64,000 bases of DNA from Octopus bimaculoides (Eukaryota): NCBI RefSeq assembly GCF_001194135.2, contig NC_069000.1:9149604-9213603 (forward strand), written 5' to 3'. The translations under genes were made by a program, and so were the position numbers. Under the pieces are notes generated by a model. The model was not told where the DNA came from. It made no database searches and worked only from the letters and a program-made list of their open reading frames with translations. Of this stretch, positions 27,501-41,692 are shown in pieces. How positions within the stretch are numbered: the stretch's first letter is position 1; every line of letters begins with the position of its first letter.

Positions 27501-28545
27501 TTCATGTACTTCACAGATGTTGGTTATCTTCTGGCTAAACATAGTACATTGATGAAACTTTATGAGGATGTTTTACATTATGAGTATGTTTTACTGACAG
27601 AATATTGTTATCAAATATCAGCTGGGATACTAAATAGAAACCTGAAGCCTACAAAGCAAGTTTAGGAAATCTTGCAGATGATTGCTCCTGTAGGGCCCTG
27701 GAACTAGACAAGAGTTTCAGCAAGGGATGAGAGGCTGAGGCTTGTTGATGAAGAAATTTTATGAAAAACAGCACCAGAGCAAGACTGGTTGGCAGCACCT
27801 TGAAGTATAGCCACTGCAACCAGGACTGTCACTCACATGTAAGTCTCTACAGTTATAGTAGATGCTATTCTGCCAACAAGATCAGAACAAGACTTTCCAG
27901 GCATGGATCCATGGTTTTGTGGGACTAGTGGATGCCTCCAGCATGATTAAATGAATACATTTAAACACAAGTTTGTGAGGTATTTAACCTTTTCCAAGAG
28001 CTAAAACCTGGAATAGAAATGACATATGAATTTAGTATTTCGGGAGCTTACCTTAATGATACAAGGATACCCAGTGAGCAATGCATACTGTTTGTATGAT
28101 AGAAAATTACCAAAGAACTCACTCCAAAATCCCCTTTCAAACTGAATATAATTTCATAATCAAAGCATCACAATATTTATGAACAAGCCAATGAAGAAAC
28201 CTCTATGTAGCAGACCAACACGCTAGAAATAGCAGCCAAATGGTCTAATAACTAAGAAGAATACATAGGACAACTCAGTTTGAGATACTTCATATAGAAT
28301 ATAAAAAAAAAACAGGATTGGTCATTGCTGAAATGGCTTTGATCATAGTGCTGCAGGTCATCGCAGACCTGGGACTAAACAACAGCATCTACCAAGTTCT
28401 CCAACAGCTCACTAAATAGTCTCCTTTTCATTATGTTTAATGTGACATTCACAATAACTGAATAACTGACCTTCCCTCACAGACACTTTTCAGTAGCTAT
28501 GTAGGTGTATGCATGTGTACAGTGTGAGTGTGTGTATAAAAAGTA

Positions 28546-28581
<36 letters not shown>

Positions 28582-30135
28582 GATGTGTGTGTAATATGAT
28601 GTGTGTGTATATGTGTGCACATGTGGTGTATTGTTTGTGTGAGTGTGAGTGTAAATTAATACTTTGAGATTAAAACCAAAATCCTATGTCCCAGCCTAGA
28701 ATCTCTGATGCTAAGTCTCAAATAGGATTTTGTTGCTGACATGTTTGCTGTTCTATACAATGTGCCACTCCAACTAAATAACAACCACAAAGGTATTTAC
28801 ATCTGATATTATACAGGAAATGTCTTTGTCTGTAAAATTATTTAAAAAAAAAAAAAATTAAGAAAAACAATAAATTCTTTTAGTCTACTTTCTTCACCCA
28901 TGTGTTCCTTAAACAGTTGAAAAATAAGTTAACTTGCTTTAGCTTCTTTTGTTTTTTCTTTTTTTTTTTTCAACAAATTTCCAACATTCCAAAGCTATGT
29001 GTTTAATTGGCGTGATTACCAATTCTATTAGTATTTTGTTTCAGCACATAAAAGGTTACTATAGGAAGATTGATGATGAAAATAACAATAAATTCCTTTC
29101 CATCAAAGTAGACCTTTTATAATTTGGAACACTTCCTCATTTTGGGAGGTTTGAAAAAAAGGCAAAAAAAAAAAACAAAAAAAAACAACAACAAAAAAAG
29201 CAAAAAAAAAATCTTAGAATGTCAACATTCCAGTTGTGTCCTCAATATTTGAAAACATTCTTGGCATCTACAATCAAACTATTTGATATGTAAGAAATTT
29301 GACACTGGAGTATGTTTAAATTCACTGGGAGGCTTCTAATCAGAAACTACAATTGTTTTGAGTTCCAGTATTTCTGTTCAAGTATCTATCAATGCAGCCA
29401 AAAGGGAATAATCCAAGACACTATCAAATAGCAAGTTCAAAGGGGATGTGGAAGCCTTGAAACTAATGGGAATTAAATATTAATGAACAAGAGCGACCAA
29501 GTTAACTACGTGGAACTATGTGAATAACCAATGCGTGTCCAACTTCCAACCAGATATTTTCAGTGCCTCAGCAACTTTCTCTATCTTCACATCATTACTA
29601 GTCCTTTCTACTACTAGGCAGTCAAGCTCAACAGCATGATTGAATAATTAAGAAATTCATTCACTGTCATGATGCTTCAGGCATAGCTTTGTAAGAAGCT
29701 CACTTGGCAACCGCATAGTTTCAGATCCAGTCCAACTACCTGGTGCCTTGGGCAAGCATTTTCTAGTATAGCCCTGGGCCAATCAATGCTTTGTAAGTAA
29801 ATTTGGTAAATAGAAACTGTATTATGGAAGCCCATCACATACAAGATTTAAATAAGAGCATTTAAATCCTATGTATACCAAATGATAACTCTCACAAGAT
29901 GGAATACATATTTTGCTAATCCTACCAATAACAGAGCAGTACAATATATTATCAGTCAATTGTCCGTAAGTCAGAAAAAAGCACACTCAAAAAGAGAACA
30001 TGTGCAGTTATACTTCTCTATTGTTAAATAGTATATTCCTATTATGACATATAACTAGTTAGAAAGTTACCATTGGTTTCATGCCCACTATTGCACTTGC
30101 CAATATAAAGGTACCTATCTATCTATCTATCTATC

Positions 30136-30166
<31 letters not shown>

Positions 30167-30799
30167 GCACTTGCACATCTTTGTCGTTGTTTGCCACCAC
30201 CATTACCACCATTTGACAACTGGTATTGATTAGTTTACATCCCCATAACTTAGCAGTTTGGAAAAAGAGGGTGATAAAAGAATGTATGAGACTTTAAAAA
30301 AATTTTTTTTAAAGCATAAGTACCAGGGTCAATTTGTTTGATTAAAACCTTTCAAAGTGATGCCCCAGCATGGCTGCAGTTCATGACAGAAACAAGTAAA
30401 CAATAAAATATACCACTGTGTGGTATTTGGGTTGTCTTCTAGCTACTGCTTTGGGTGGGTTGACCCAAGCTATAAAGGATAAGCCCAAAATAAACCTTGA
30501 TTCTCACAAAAAAATAGAAGCTAATCATACAAAACTATACTAGATGAATAAGGCAAAACAAGTTGCATTTCTTTAGGTAGAACAGAAGAGATGTATGGTT
30601 GGTGTTTATTAACAAGATGAAACCTTTGAGGAGCAGGCATTGCTGGAGTTAATCAAACAGTTTAGTAAGGCACCTTGGAAAAGTATCTTTTACCATAGAT
30701 TTGGGTTGGCCAATACTTTATGAGTGGAATTGAGTAGATGAAATCTGTGGAAAACCTTGCTGTATATGTAAATATCTTTCAGTGATTTATATCAGCAAA

Positions 30800-31130
30800 A
30801 GATGTGAAACGGCAGCAACATATGACAAATGAATGCCTTTAGAGAGACCTGCCAAAAGTTAGCGAGAAGATCAGGTAAAGACAGCTGTGACTATCTGGTC
30901 ACTGTGTGCCACCCTGAACTGGAAGTATCCAAATTAGTCTTGTGGAACCCATTTTATGGTGATGTGTGAAAAAGAAAACGTTGTCACACTTACATTGACA
31001 ACTTGATTCCAGACACTGGTCTGGAATGTTTCCAGGACCTCGAGGCAGTGATGATAGAACAAGAAGAGTGGCAAGTAGACTTTGTTGCTGCACACCAGGT
31101 TGGAACCTGGCCATTATGATAAAATAATTC
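30800..31130 (+). mobile_element. Decayed RTE/RTE-X LINE 3' ORF end
   Basis: Frame-broken translation RQQHMTNECL*RDLPKVSEKIR*RQL*LSGHC...EVSKLVLWNP...YIDNLIPDTGLECFQDLEAVMIEQEEW resembles RTE-X C-termini. Confidence 0.65.
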
Positions 31131-32067
31131 GTGAGAAAACCTATAAACTGGTATTTTTTAATGAGAATCTCTTGTAATATCGCTCTGCAAAGTTTCACAG
31201 ACAATCCCTTATCACATCTCCTTGCCATCATAGATACAATGACTCAGTGATTGGCCCACTGGAAACCTGAAACCAATTATGCTTTTGTTTACAAAGTATG
31301 GTATAAAATAAATGACATCAAATAATGGACGATTTGAGTTAAAACTGTGTCCTCTACATCTATATTAGTTTCTATCTAATAATAAATGCAAAAGAACTGG
31401 ACTGTAGCATTACTATACGAATAAATAAAATGACTGGCAAGTTTCCGTGCTTCTTTTTTCATTGTATATTTATAGATCTAAATGAATTAAAAAAAAAAAA
31501 ATAATGTCTAAGATGGAAATCAAAACTCTCAATAGGAAATTGTAAAACAACCAAAACTATCAAAAGTAAACAGAATAAACTAAAAGCTAGATGGAACATG
31601 TTCAGTACAGAAGTTGACTACCAAACTACCAACTTTAGTGGCCACTGGTAGGAAAACTTGATACACAAAAGCAGAACACTAATATAAGCTTTGAAAAACT
31701 GAAAGACAAATAAATATTGTAAGATAGAAGCTTTTGCAACCACAATGCTGGACAATGCTCATACTGACAGCACCAAAAAAAAAAAGCAGATTCATTAAAC
31801 CCTATCTTTGGTTATGAAGAATAGCGAAATAACTGAAGAGTAAACTTTATGTACCACTAGAATGAAATAAAAACAAAAATTGCAACAGAAAGATAAAGCT
31901 AAAACATAATGATGGAGACTCAGAGAAATGAAAAGACGCTAACCCACCTGCCCTTCATGATGTGGCCTGCAGGAAAAAAGGAGAAGAGAGAAATCTAGAA
32001 ATCTGTTACAAGTTGAAAGTGAGAGGGAGTTGAATGTCAGTAAAACTAAGAAATGTAAAACCAACTG

Positions 32068-32069
<2 letters not shown>

Positions 32070-32125
<56 letters not shown>

Positions 32126-32141
32126 TGTGTGNNNNNNNNNN

Positions 32142-32192
<51 letters not shown>

Positions 32193-32220
32193 TGTGTGGT
32201 GTGTGTGTGTGGTGTGTGTT
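32070..32220. repeat. (TG)n microsatellite with short gap
   Basis: Direct reading. Confidence 0.95.
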
Positions 32221-34915
32221 ATGGCAGTGAGAAGAAAAGAAACTTGAGAAATGTTAAAATAACTCAGCAAAATTTAACAAACAATGCTTTTAAAATTGAT
32301 CTGAGTTTTGGAAGTAAAAGTTTATCAGAGATACTTTACAGAACTAGAATTATACTGACATTCAACATAATGACCATTTGTTCTTGTCCAACTTTCATTT
32401 GAAATAGTTCATACAAGAGAAAAACAGTCTTATATTTCTGAAAGTTTGAATTTAAAACATTCTACAATGCCTAAAATGCCTAAATATAGGAAAATCTCAA
32501 GAGTTGATTTCAAATACCAATATGATAGTGTATTTGATTTTTGTGATAATTTTTTTTAAGAAAAAGGGGAAAAAATACAAAAAGCTGTAACAGACTAAAA
32601 TAAATTTCAATAGCAAACATTGTGTAATTGGTTAGAGGAAAGTTCAAAAAGAATTATGACAAAATTGAGTGGAGGATGGCTTCCGAGGCTTCTTTGACTG
32701 ATATGAGAGCTAGTGTTCAGTACTAGTGAATGAAAATAAATGAAAACAAAGGATATGAAACATAATTAGGTGAATTGATAAATATGACTTTTAAAGACAG
32801 AATTAAACTGAAGACCTGATTAACGGAAAGAGATGTTGCTTTAGCAAATGATTTAATTTAAGCTTCAGGAAAACTTAAAATATGATATGAGTTTGATTTT
32901 ATTCTTCATGTCAGTATATACTGTCATACTTTATACAAAATTCTAACTTGAGAGAAACAGCCTTTTTAATTTTTTTTTTTTTTTTTTTTTTTTTTTTGTC
33001 ATGCCATTTAGCAGAGAACAGAAATGGAGGAGATGAAATAAAAGTGATGTCTATTTGGAGAATTAACATTGGTTTCAAAGATTGAATAAAACAAAAATAA
33101 AAATAGTTTCATAGAAATCATAAGCACTTAGAGACTAAGACTCTGTTACTATCCGTGACACACAAGTCTTAAAGTAGTAAAATACCTTAAGACTAAATTT
33201 CATAATGAAACGGATATTAACACATACTACATTAAAACTACAAAATTTTCAACACCCATCCAACGCTTGTACAGTTTTTATATATGTGGCAATAAATAAC
33301 TATCAAACAGAATAGAGAAATATGAAATTCACATTTTTAATAAGATCTAGGTTTATTTAGAAAACATGAAATAATCATCACCCAATTAGATTACTATACA
33401 TACGTATACAATACACATACAAACATATGTATGTACTTACATATGTATGTACTTATGTATGTATGATTGCATGTGGGGATGAACAGAAGAATGAGCACTT
33501 AATATAAAAGAAACAGAGTATAAATCATGCAAATTACAGACAGAATGACATGCCAATACTCTGAATTTCTTCTTAGTACACTGAGTTTACCAGTATTTGT
33601 TCAGTCAACAAAAGATCTGATCGTGAGCCAAGATATGGTTGTAGACCAAAATAGCTGCCGAAAACATAAATCTCATGTAGGATTGGATGTTGAATTTCAG
33701 TTTCATTTCTATATATAAATAAATAAATAAATAAATAACAAGGGTAATAAAATGCATTAATTTAGGGAAACAAATCTTGAAGTTTTGGTAAAATCTTCTT
33801 TTTTTTTTTCTTTTTTTTTTTTTTGGTTATTTCTCCTTAGCTGAACTGCAAGCAACATTAAAGGCAACGTTAGAATCAAATGCACAATTGATAATTACAA
33901 AGGAGCACAAACGCACAATAACTGCAAAGAAGTGCATTTGCAATAAAAAGCTGCATAATAATACAACTGCAAAGTGACATTATCATAACATCCCACGCGT
34001 TGTACTCAATTTGCTTTTGTGCATTTTGACAATTTGGAATCATGTATATAATGTGACAAAACGTATAATGTAACCATAGTGTGGCACCTTGGTATCTTAA
34101 TGTATATTGTACATTCACTATTGTGAATGACATTTAGCTCTTGGCAATCCTGGATAATGCACCATGGTTCCCAGATGTTTTAATAATTGGTGCATATCTG
34201 TGTGCACTTGTACTTCATATTCATTGTTCAACAGTTTATGATTTATATGCAGAAGTTTGCCTGGTCATCATCATCATCTTTATCATTGTCGTTGTCATCA
34301 TAATTATTATCATTGTTGTCATCATCATTATCATCTAATGTCCATGCTTGCATGGGTCTGACAGAATTTGTTGAGACAGATTTTCTATGGCCAGATGCCA
34401 TTCCTGTCAGCAACTTACCTATAGGCTAACAGGTTTTTCATGGAAGACTGGAAGCAAACAACTTTGCCTGTATGATGATGACGTTCTACAACCATCATGC
34501 GTATATATAGATATGTGTGTGTGTTTATGTATTTTTTTTTGTAGACACCAATTGTAAAATTGCTGCCTATATGATTTTAATGTTGCGTTTAATGATACCT
34601 GAAATTTAGCTAAGAGGAAATAAGAAAAAATACTTTTAATAAGCATTTTGAACTTGGTTTTTGAATAAAAAATGAGATTGAAATTAAATATCCTGTCCTA
34701 CATGAGATCAGAGTTTTCAGCAGAAATTTTGGCATACAGTTGTAGCTTACATACAGCCAGATCTTTTGCCATCTAAGTGAATGATGGAAGATCCATTCTG
34801 CTAACAAGAAAAAAAAGTATTAACATAGTATCCTGCAAGTAATTTACATAATAAATAGTATATATAAAAAAACCCCAACATTATTATATCAATATATACC
34901 TACATTTATGCATAC

Positions 34916-34946
<31 letters not shown>

Positions 34947-37334
34947 TAAATAATACCATGCATCCATTTCCAAGTAAGTTTATATATATATACATGTAAA
35001 CAGACATACACACATGAATATACATATTTATTCACTTATGTACATGCATACATATATATACACACATACATGCATACATATATATGCACACATACATGCA
35101 TACATATAATACATGCATAAATGTCTGAGATGAGTTATTAATAAGATTATAATTTTGGGGATTATTCACCTATCTTTAGAAATTAAATTGTTTTTCAATA
35201 TTTGCATCTATGGTATGTTTTGGTCAAATGTTTGTAGTATCAGACTGGATTACGACTAGTCACATTTATTTCTAGACATTAAAAACTGACAACATTTCTA
35301 TTTACTAGGCCACTGAAAGATCAAATTGATTGTAACACAGCTTAGAAGTTTAGAAGTGAATATTGGAAAATGTTTTGTATCTAAAACTGAATAGTCCGAA
35401 AAACGATAGTTTTTATACATACACACGACTCACATTAATATTTCATGAGAAATATTTCAAAGATTGTGGGGGAAATGTTAAATTATTTTGTTGCAGAGAA
35501 GAATAAAAAAATTAACAAAATGCTAATGTAAAAATAGGAAAACTTGATTGAGATGAATATAGCTTGAAGGAAACCCTTACTGAGAAAGGAAATAGTATAT
35601 ACATTCTAATCAGAACACTGAACATGCACCTGATAAAGTGATTTAAACATTTGGAAAACCAATAATAAACAATCCCAAACTAAAAATGCCTGATAGGATG
35701 TGCCAACCTGTTTAACTATTGAAGATTTCCTGAATGTAAAAACAACAAATCTTTAATAGATTATTGCAAAATAAATGTGAAACAGCACATTGCAATTCTT
35801 TCTGTTTGGATTCCATCTGTGAGATAGGTAGGAAGTATTTATATAACTTGGAAATGTTGGGGGGGGGGGGAATCTAAGTAGTTGGAATGGGTATAAGAGG
35901 TTAATGTTAATGCCTACCTAGCCTTTGGCTTTCAAGGGATTCAAACACTATTTGATTTATATTATTATCACCACCACAATCAACATCATCATCATCATTA
36001 TCTTCATCTCAATCATCAACTTCTTCCTCATCAAAAGCTATTTTAATGTCTATTTACTATTTTCATGCAGACATGGGTTGGATAGATATTTTATTTTAAA
36101 GGATTTTCACAGCTTTATATACTTTTGAACACCAAATTCCAGCAAAAGTGAGTACATAACTATAATTAGGATGTTGCCAACATTAGAGATATTATCTTCC
36201 ACAACTAAAACATTCCTTCCCGCCTTTGAGGTAAAACTGCAAACCATGATAACCATGTTTTCCTAAAGGTTGTTGGTAATGTGAATGAAATAATGCACCT
36301 GGTAACAGATCATGAACTTTGTTGACTAAGAAGCTATGGCTGTATCAAAACATCCACTACCACGGTTACCACTATAGTTTGGGGTGGTAGGCATTGTAGT
36401 AATTAAAACCAAGTATATATAGACCTGTGTATGTGTGTGTGTGTGTGTTCACTTTTTATGCGAAAATGGTTACGTGAATTGCTTCCATACTTGGGATGCA
36501 TGAATTAATTTGACCTCGGATACATAATAGGGTCATCAGTTTATTTTTTTTATTAAAAATAAATACAGGGATTTCTAAATAGTATCTTATTTTAGAAGAG
36601 GAACCTCTGATTCTTTAATGTAGAGTCAACAACTGATTACAGGCAAAATGCAAGCATTTGGGAAGCAAAAAGAAAGACTTTAGCTGAAGAGGAGTACCAT
36701 GTTTGAAACTATTCTTTGTTGAGATATGTCAAGTTTATTGAGGCAATGTGACTTGCAAAAAAATACCAATACTTTTTGGTAGATATTCAACATCATTACA
36801 GGAATGACCCTGAAATTTAATTGTACAGTTAAAGGGTTAAATCGCATTAATAGGACATAGTTTTATTAAATAGCACCTGAGGCTCTACTTGGGGATCAGA
36901 GTAAAGGAAAGGGATATTTTGGTATCCTTAGATACTGCTTTCTTTTAGTTGTTTCTTTAGTAGAAATCTCAGCTTTGTAAAGTAACTTTGTAGATATGTA
37001 CAATAATGTCATTGTGAGAAAGTGAAAGAAATAATATGTGAAATTATGGTTTCACTGTGATGGACAATGTACAAAGACTAGACAATAAGCTAGCACTCAA
37101 TAACGACAACTTAAGCAGACATGAGCAAAAACTACAGGAAAAATGTGACAATATTTGTATCAAAATGGATGCTGAAAAACAGATGAAATTTATTCATTAA
37201 AAAAGCAGAAAAACTAAATAATATAACACTTTGAAAGTAATGTTATTTTTAGAGTTTTATGAATTATTAATAATATATTCTAAAGTAAATTGGGATTGAT
37301 GTATTAAAAGGTAAATAAAACTAATATTGGCTTC

Positions 37335-37535
37335 AAAGTTTGGCCAACAAATTTTGGGGAGAAGGTAAGTTGTTTACATCAACCCCAGTACTCAACTGGT
37401 ACTTATTTTATTGACCCTGAAAGGATGAAAGGCAAAGTCAACCTCAGAGGTATTTGAACTAAGGACATAAAGACAGATGAAATGCTGCTAAGCATTTTGT
37501 CTGGCACAATAATGCTTCTGCTAGTTCACTCCTTT
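37335..37535 (-). mobile_element. SINE family 1 copy (antisense to the 40.2-40.8 kb copies)
   Basis: ctggtacttattttattgaccctgaaaggatgaaaggcaaagtcaacctc...tttgaact...ctaagcattttgtctggca. Confidence 0.85.
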
Positions 37536-37863
37536 ACAATAATAATATTGAGACCATATACAAGTTTTAAAACAATGAAATTGATTATCTTCCAAAAAAG
37601 GTTTTGGAGATAAATTAAAGGTTGACATGGGGGGTGTTTTTCAACAAAAGCCATTTGATCCAAAGGTAAAAACACATTAATACGACAATACTAAAATTTC
37701 ATGGCAATTTTCAAGTAAAAATATACATACATGCATACACATATAATTATATATATCTGTAAATAAATTATTAAATGCACACAGGAATACCACAAGCAAA
37801 CATGCAATAAGCTAAGGAGCACCACCAATGAGACAATACTGCAGAATAGTTCAAAATCAATAC

Positions 37864-38601
37864 CCTCTTCTTTGCTTCAACAACTTTTTTTTTCTTTCGC
37901 AATATATTGCCTCGGAAATTGGCCTGAATTTTCAAAGCTGCTGCGGCAACATCGGGGTCACCTAGATCAATGTCAACCTCTTCAGTTTCTCCTTGTGTTT
38001 GAGGCACTGTTTCAGCATTTTGTACTTTCTCAATTTCTTTCTTGGAATTTGCATCCTCTTCTACAACCTTTTCCTTGTTTTCAGCATTATCATCGGTCTT
38101 TTCATTACTCTGACTTTCTTTAGCTGTCTGTTCAGCTTGGTTTGGCAACATTTCATTGGTTTTCATTTTTGTATATTCACCATCTTCAGCTTGAGCAGCT
38201 GGTGGAGTTTNNNNNNNNNNNNNNNNNNNNNNNNNNNNNNNNNNNNNNNNNNNNNNNNNNNNNNNNNNNNNNNNNNNNNNNNNNNNNNNNNNNNNNNNNN
38301 NNNNNNNGGTTTTCATTTTTGTATATTCACCATCTTCAGCTTGAGCAGCTGGTGGAGTTTCAACTGCTTCTTGCTGTTCTTTGATACTTTCTTTTACATC
38401 AGTCTTTTCTTCAGTGTCAGCCACAACGGAATGTTCTTCATCTACTTCAGTTTTCTTCTTCTTGTAGCCACGAAAGCCAGATTGTATTTTGAGAGCAGCT
38501 GCTTCAACTTCAGGATCATTTAAGTCAATGTCAATTTCTTGTTCTTTTGAACTTTCCTTATTTGACACTTGAGTGACATTTGGGGAAACTGGTGAGGTAT
38601 C
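37864..38601 (-). CDS. Acidic exon with two IQ modules (EIDIDLNDPEVEAAALKIQSGFRGYKKKK; EVDIDLGDPDVAAAALKIQANFRGNILRKK)
   Basis: Acceptor ccttttag|GATACC at 38602/38601, in frame with ORF 37771..38568. Donor AGG|GTATTG at 37864/37863; past it the ORF turns into intron-like hydrophobic sequence. Contains N gap 38211-38307. Confidence 0.88.
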
Positions 38602-40197
38602 CTAAAAGGTTAGTAGAGAATAAATATAATGTAAAAACAAGCAGTCTCATAAGCATATGACAACCAAAAGTCTGTAATCTACATTATCAAGAATGTTATT
38701 AACTCAACAGTGATTAGTACAAATGCAATGAAATAACAGTTTGTAAATCCAAAACTCAAAATTCAACAAAAGGAAAAATTAACATTTTAAGAAATCAACA
38801 TTCATCCCATATGTTTATCTTAGAGAGATAAACATAGAAATTCTTAACGGATGACTACATAAAATGTATGGTTTTGAAACATGATTGAAGGACCAGTAAT
38901 CACCAAGTATCTGTTGCTTTGAACATTGCAAGATATTATAAGATTATTTGAGGATTAAGTCAAAGAACTGTTACCCAAATAAACTTCCGAGAAATAATTA
39001 GCAAAAGGTGTTTTAAGAATTCCACAAAAAAAAATAATAATAATTTCAAGACTTGGGAGAATTTTAGTTCATGACAGCATGCACAATGAAGGAATTGTCA
39101 AATTAATTAGCTTAGTTTCTGATACTTTAGTCTATAATGATGACAACATAATCATTATCAAGACTACTTTCCTGCATGCAAAGGCTGATAATTAAGTTTT
39201 ATCCACTTAGTCTTGATAGTTGCTAAAACCTAATCTTAACATACTACTAGAAAAAACAAAATGTATAAATAAACGTGATATTCTTGAATAAAATAACAAA
39301 TTTTTAGAATCCTAAAAAGCAGCTGAAAGATCTGCAACTTTATAGGGGATTTTAAAGAACTTTTAAATCTGTTTAAAGAATTGGTGTTCTTTGTACAACA
39401 GTACAGTTGCTGACTCTGGGAAAATGATCGATGAGAAAGATGAGGATATTTAAGCAGCAACTGCTGATTTAATTGTTAAAGTCTTAGACTACTGACTTGA
39501 TAGACCAAGAGATCAAATTAGGCTATAAATACATTACTCTCCCTGCATCACTTCAAAGAGGTGCACTGCTCATCATATCTTATCCCTTCATAGGCTACAA
39601 AAGAGGGATAACTAAATAAGTAGAGTTAATTTTTAACTTGAATTACTATAGCTAAAGATGGTAGGAGGGAGATGGGAATCTTGTGGAGGAAAGTGTGTGT
39701 TGAAATGGATTGGATAAAATGTTTGGTGCAAAATCATTGAGGTTGAGTTTGAAAGGACAGGAGAAAGGTGCATCAAATTAGATCTAAGTGGAGATGATAT
39801 TAGCAATCACAGAACAATAAAGGTCAATGTAGTGGTGGTAGAAAAGAGCACAAGAAAGGATACAGCTAGAAAGAAGATCCATCCTTACATTAGTAAGGGT
39901 GACTTAGTTTTCCTTAAGATAAATGCTTCCTAAAATGTGTCAGTATGGAACTCAATCAACCTAGATATGTGAACAATACTTTAGTGTAATATTATTATTA
40001 TTATTATTGCTGCTGTTGTTTACATTATTGTTGCTCTGTTTTATACAAGCTGCTCCAAGTCTCACCCAGAAACTTCAAGTAACAGCAAGTTAAATGTTTT
40101 ACTATGAGTGTTATTCATGATTGGAAATGATATATTGTACGAGAAGGAAACCAGAATCGGAAAACTAAATTCTGTTATAACCATCATCATTATTATC

Positions 40198-40760
40198 AGG
40201 GTGGTGGATAGGCAGAATTGTAAGAGCATCAAGCAAAATACCTTACAGTATTTCTTCCAGCTCTGAGTTTAAATAATACAGAGGTCAACTTTGCATTTTA
40301 TCCTTCTAGGAGTTGATAAAATAAAGTACCAGTCAAGTACTGGGATTGATGGCACTAACTATCCTCCTCTCCTCAAAACTGCTGGTCTTCTACTAGAAAT
40401 CATTATTAAGGCAGCAAGCTGGCAGAATCATTAGCATGTCAAACAAAATGATTAGCAGCGTTTTCTCCATCTTTACATTCTAAGAACAAATGCTGTCAAG
40501 ATTGACTTTGATTTTCATCCTTTTGCGGGGCCAATAAGATAAGTACCAGTCAAGTAATCCCCCATAATAGTAGAAAGGATTATCATTATTATTAAGGCGA
40601 TGAACTGGCAGAATCATTAGCATGCCAGACAAAAATGCTTAGTGGCGTTTCATGTCTTTATGTTCTGAGTTCAAATTCTACTAGGATCAACTTTATCTTT
40701 CATACTTTCAGGGTCAATGAAATAAGTACCAGTTGAGTACTGGAGATGATGTTATCAAAT
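40198..40760 (+). mobile_element. Three head-to-tail SINE family 1 copies
   Basis: Heads at about 40198, 40408 and 40594 (ggcagaat...agc...caaaatg), each with ataagtaccagt. Confidence 0.85.
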
Positions 40761-41530
40761 AATGGTTTCTCAAATTAACAAAATGCTATAAAGGATTATA
40801 ATCAACTGAATTGGCACTTGTATGTACGAGATACTTATTTTAATAACCCAAAGTAGATAAAATGTAAATTGATCCCAGCAAAATTTCACTTATTATTTTG
40901 AGGTACAAAACTGAATTCTGTAAGGTATTTAATCCGGTGCTCCATCATTTTTTTACAATTCCACCACTCTCAAATGGTAACTAGAGATTATATTGATTTC
41001 TGTCTAAAAATTATTTTAAACGAAGATGTACTGTTCATAATCAAATATACCACAATGTTACAATTTTATTTATTTCACTGAAACTAGAGAGATGAGGGAA
41101 AAAAACAAAAACAACACCCCACCCTCAAAATCTGAAGTTGGTTCCATTGGGAATTGAAATGAGAAACTCGAACCTCTCATCTGCCTGTACAATGATTAGG
41201 CTACTTCCATCATCTGATAACTAGAACGTGCAGTACTTACAGTTTTCAGTTTTGTTACTTCCATACTTTTCTCTTAACAATAGATTTCTATAGCTTAGAT
41301 TGTTCACAGTTTTTTAGCAACATATACTGCCAAGAATATGAATAGGTTCCAATCCATCAAAGGATGATATTATCAACATGAAGATAAGTGAGAGCAAACT
41401 TGTGAGAATGACAAGAATATTCGATTCAGAAGGATAAATCTGTTGACTTAGGACATCTTTCCTTTAAATAGATTCAATTAAAATAAGAATTTTAAAAAAA
41501 CAAAATTTTAATTGGCTGGTCTAATCCTAC

Positions 41531-41692
41531 CTTTTTCAATTCTTTCACATGTTGCCTAGCTATATGACCACGAAAGCTAGCTTGAATTTTGGTAGCTGCA
41601 GCAATGGTCTCTGGGTCAGTTAGATCAATGTCAATATTTGTACTGTTATCAATAACTTGTAAGACATGCCTGCTTTCAGGTGTTTCATTAAG
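41531..41692 (-). CDS. 162-nt IQ exon missed by the ORF track: LNETPESRHVLQVIDNSTNIDIDLTDPETIAAATKIQASFRGHIARQHVKELKK
   Basis: Manual translation. Acceptor gttgcctatag|CTT, donor AAG|GTAGGA, 54 codons, phase 0-0. AATKIQASFRGHI matches the GAP-43 IQ core as I recall it. Confidence 0.9.

Noticed and set aside
29520-29620. Minus-strand peptide NDVKIEKVAEALKISG, vaguely like a mariner HTH
   Set aside because: No WVP motif in frame and no TIR.
37771-37863. ORF tail VLILNYSAVLSHWW... and likewise 21177-21251 (VSYQATIAKK...)
   Set aside because: Read-through past splice donors (GTATTG, GTAAGT); composition changes abruptly.
38593-38603. 11-nt tgaggtatcct shared with 63420-63430 (D-T-S at the start of one exon and the end of another)
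   Set aside because: Too short to distinguish from chance in 64 kb.
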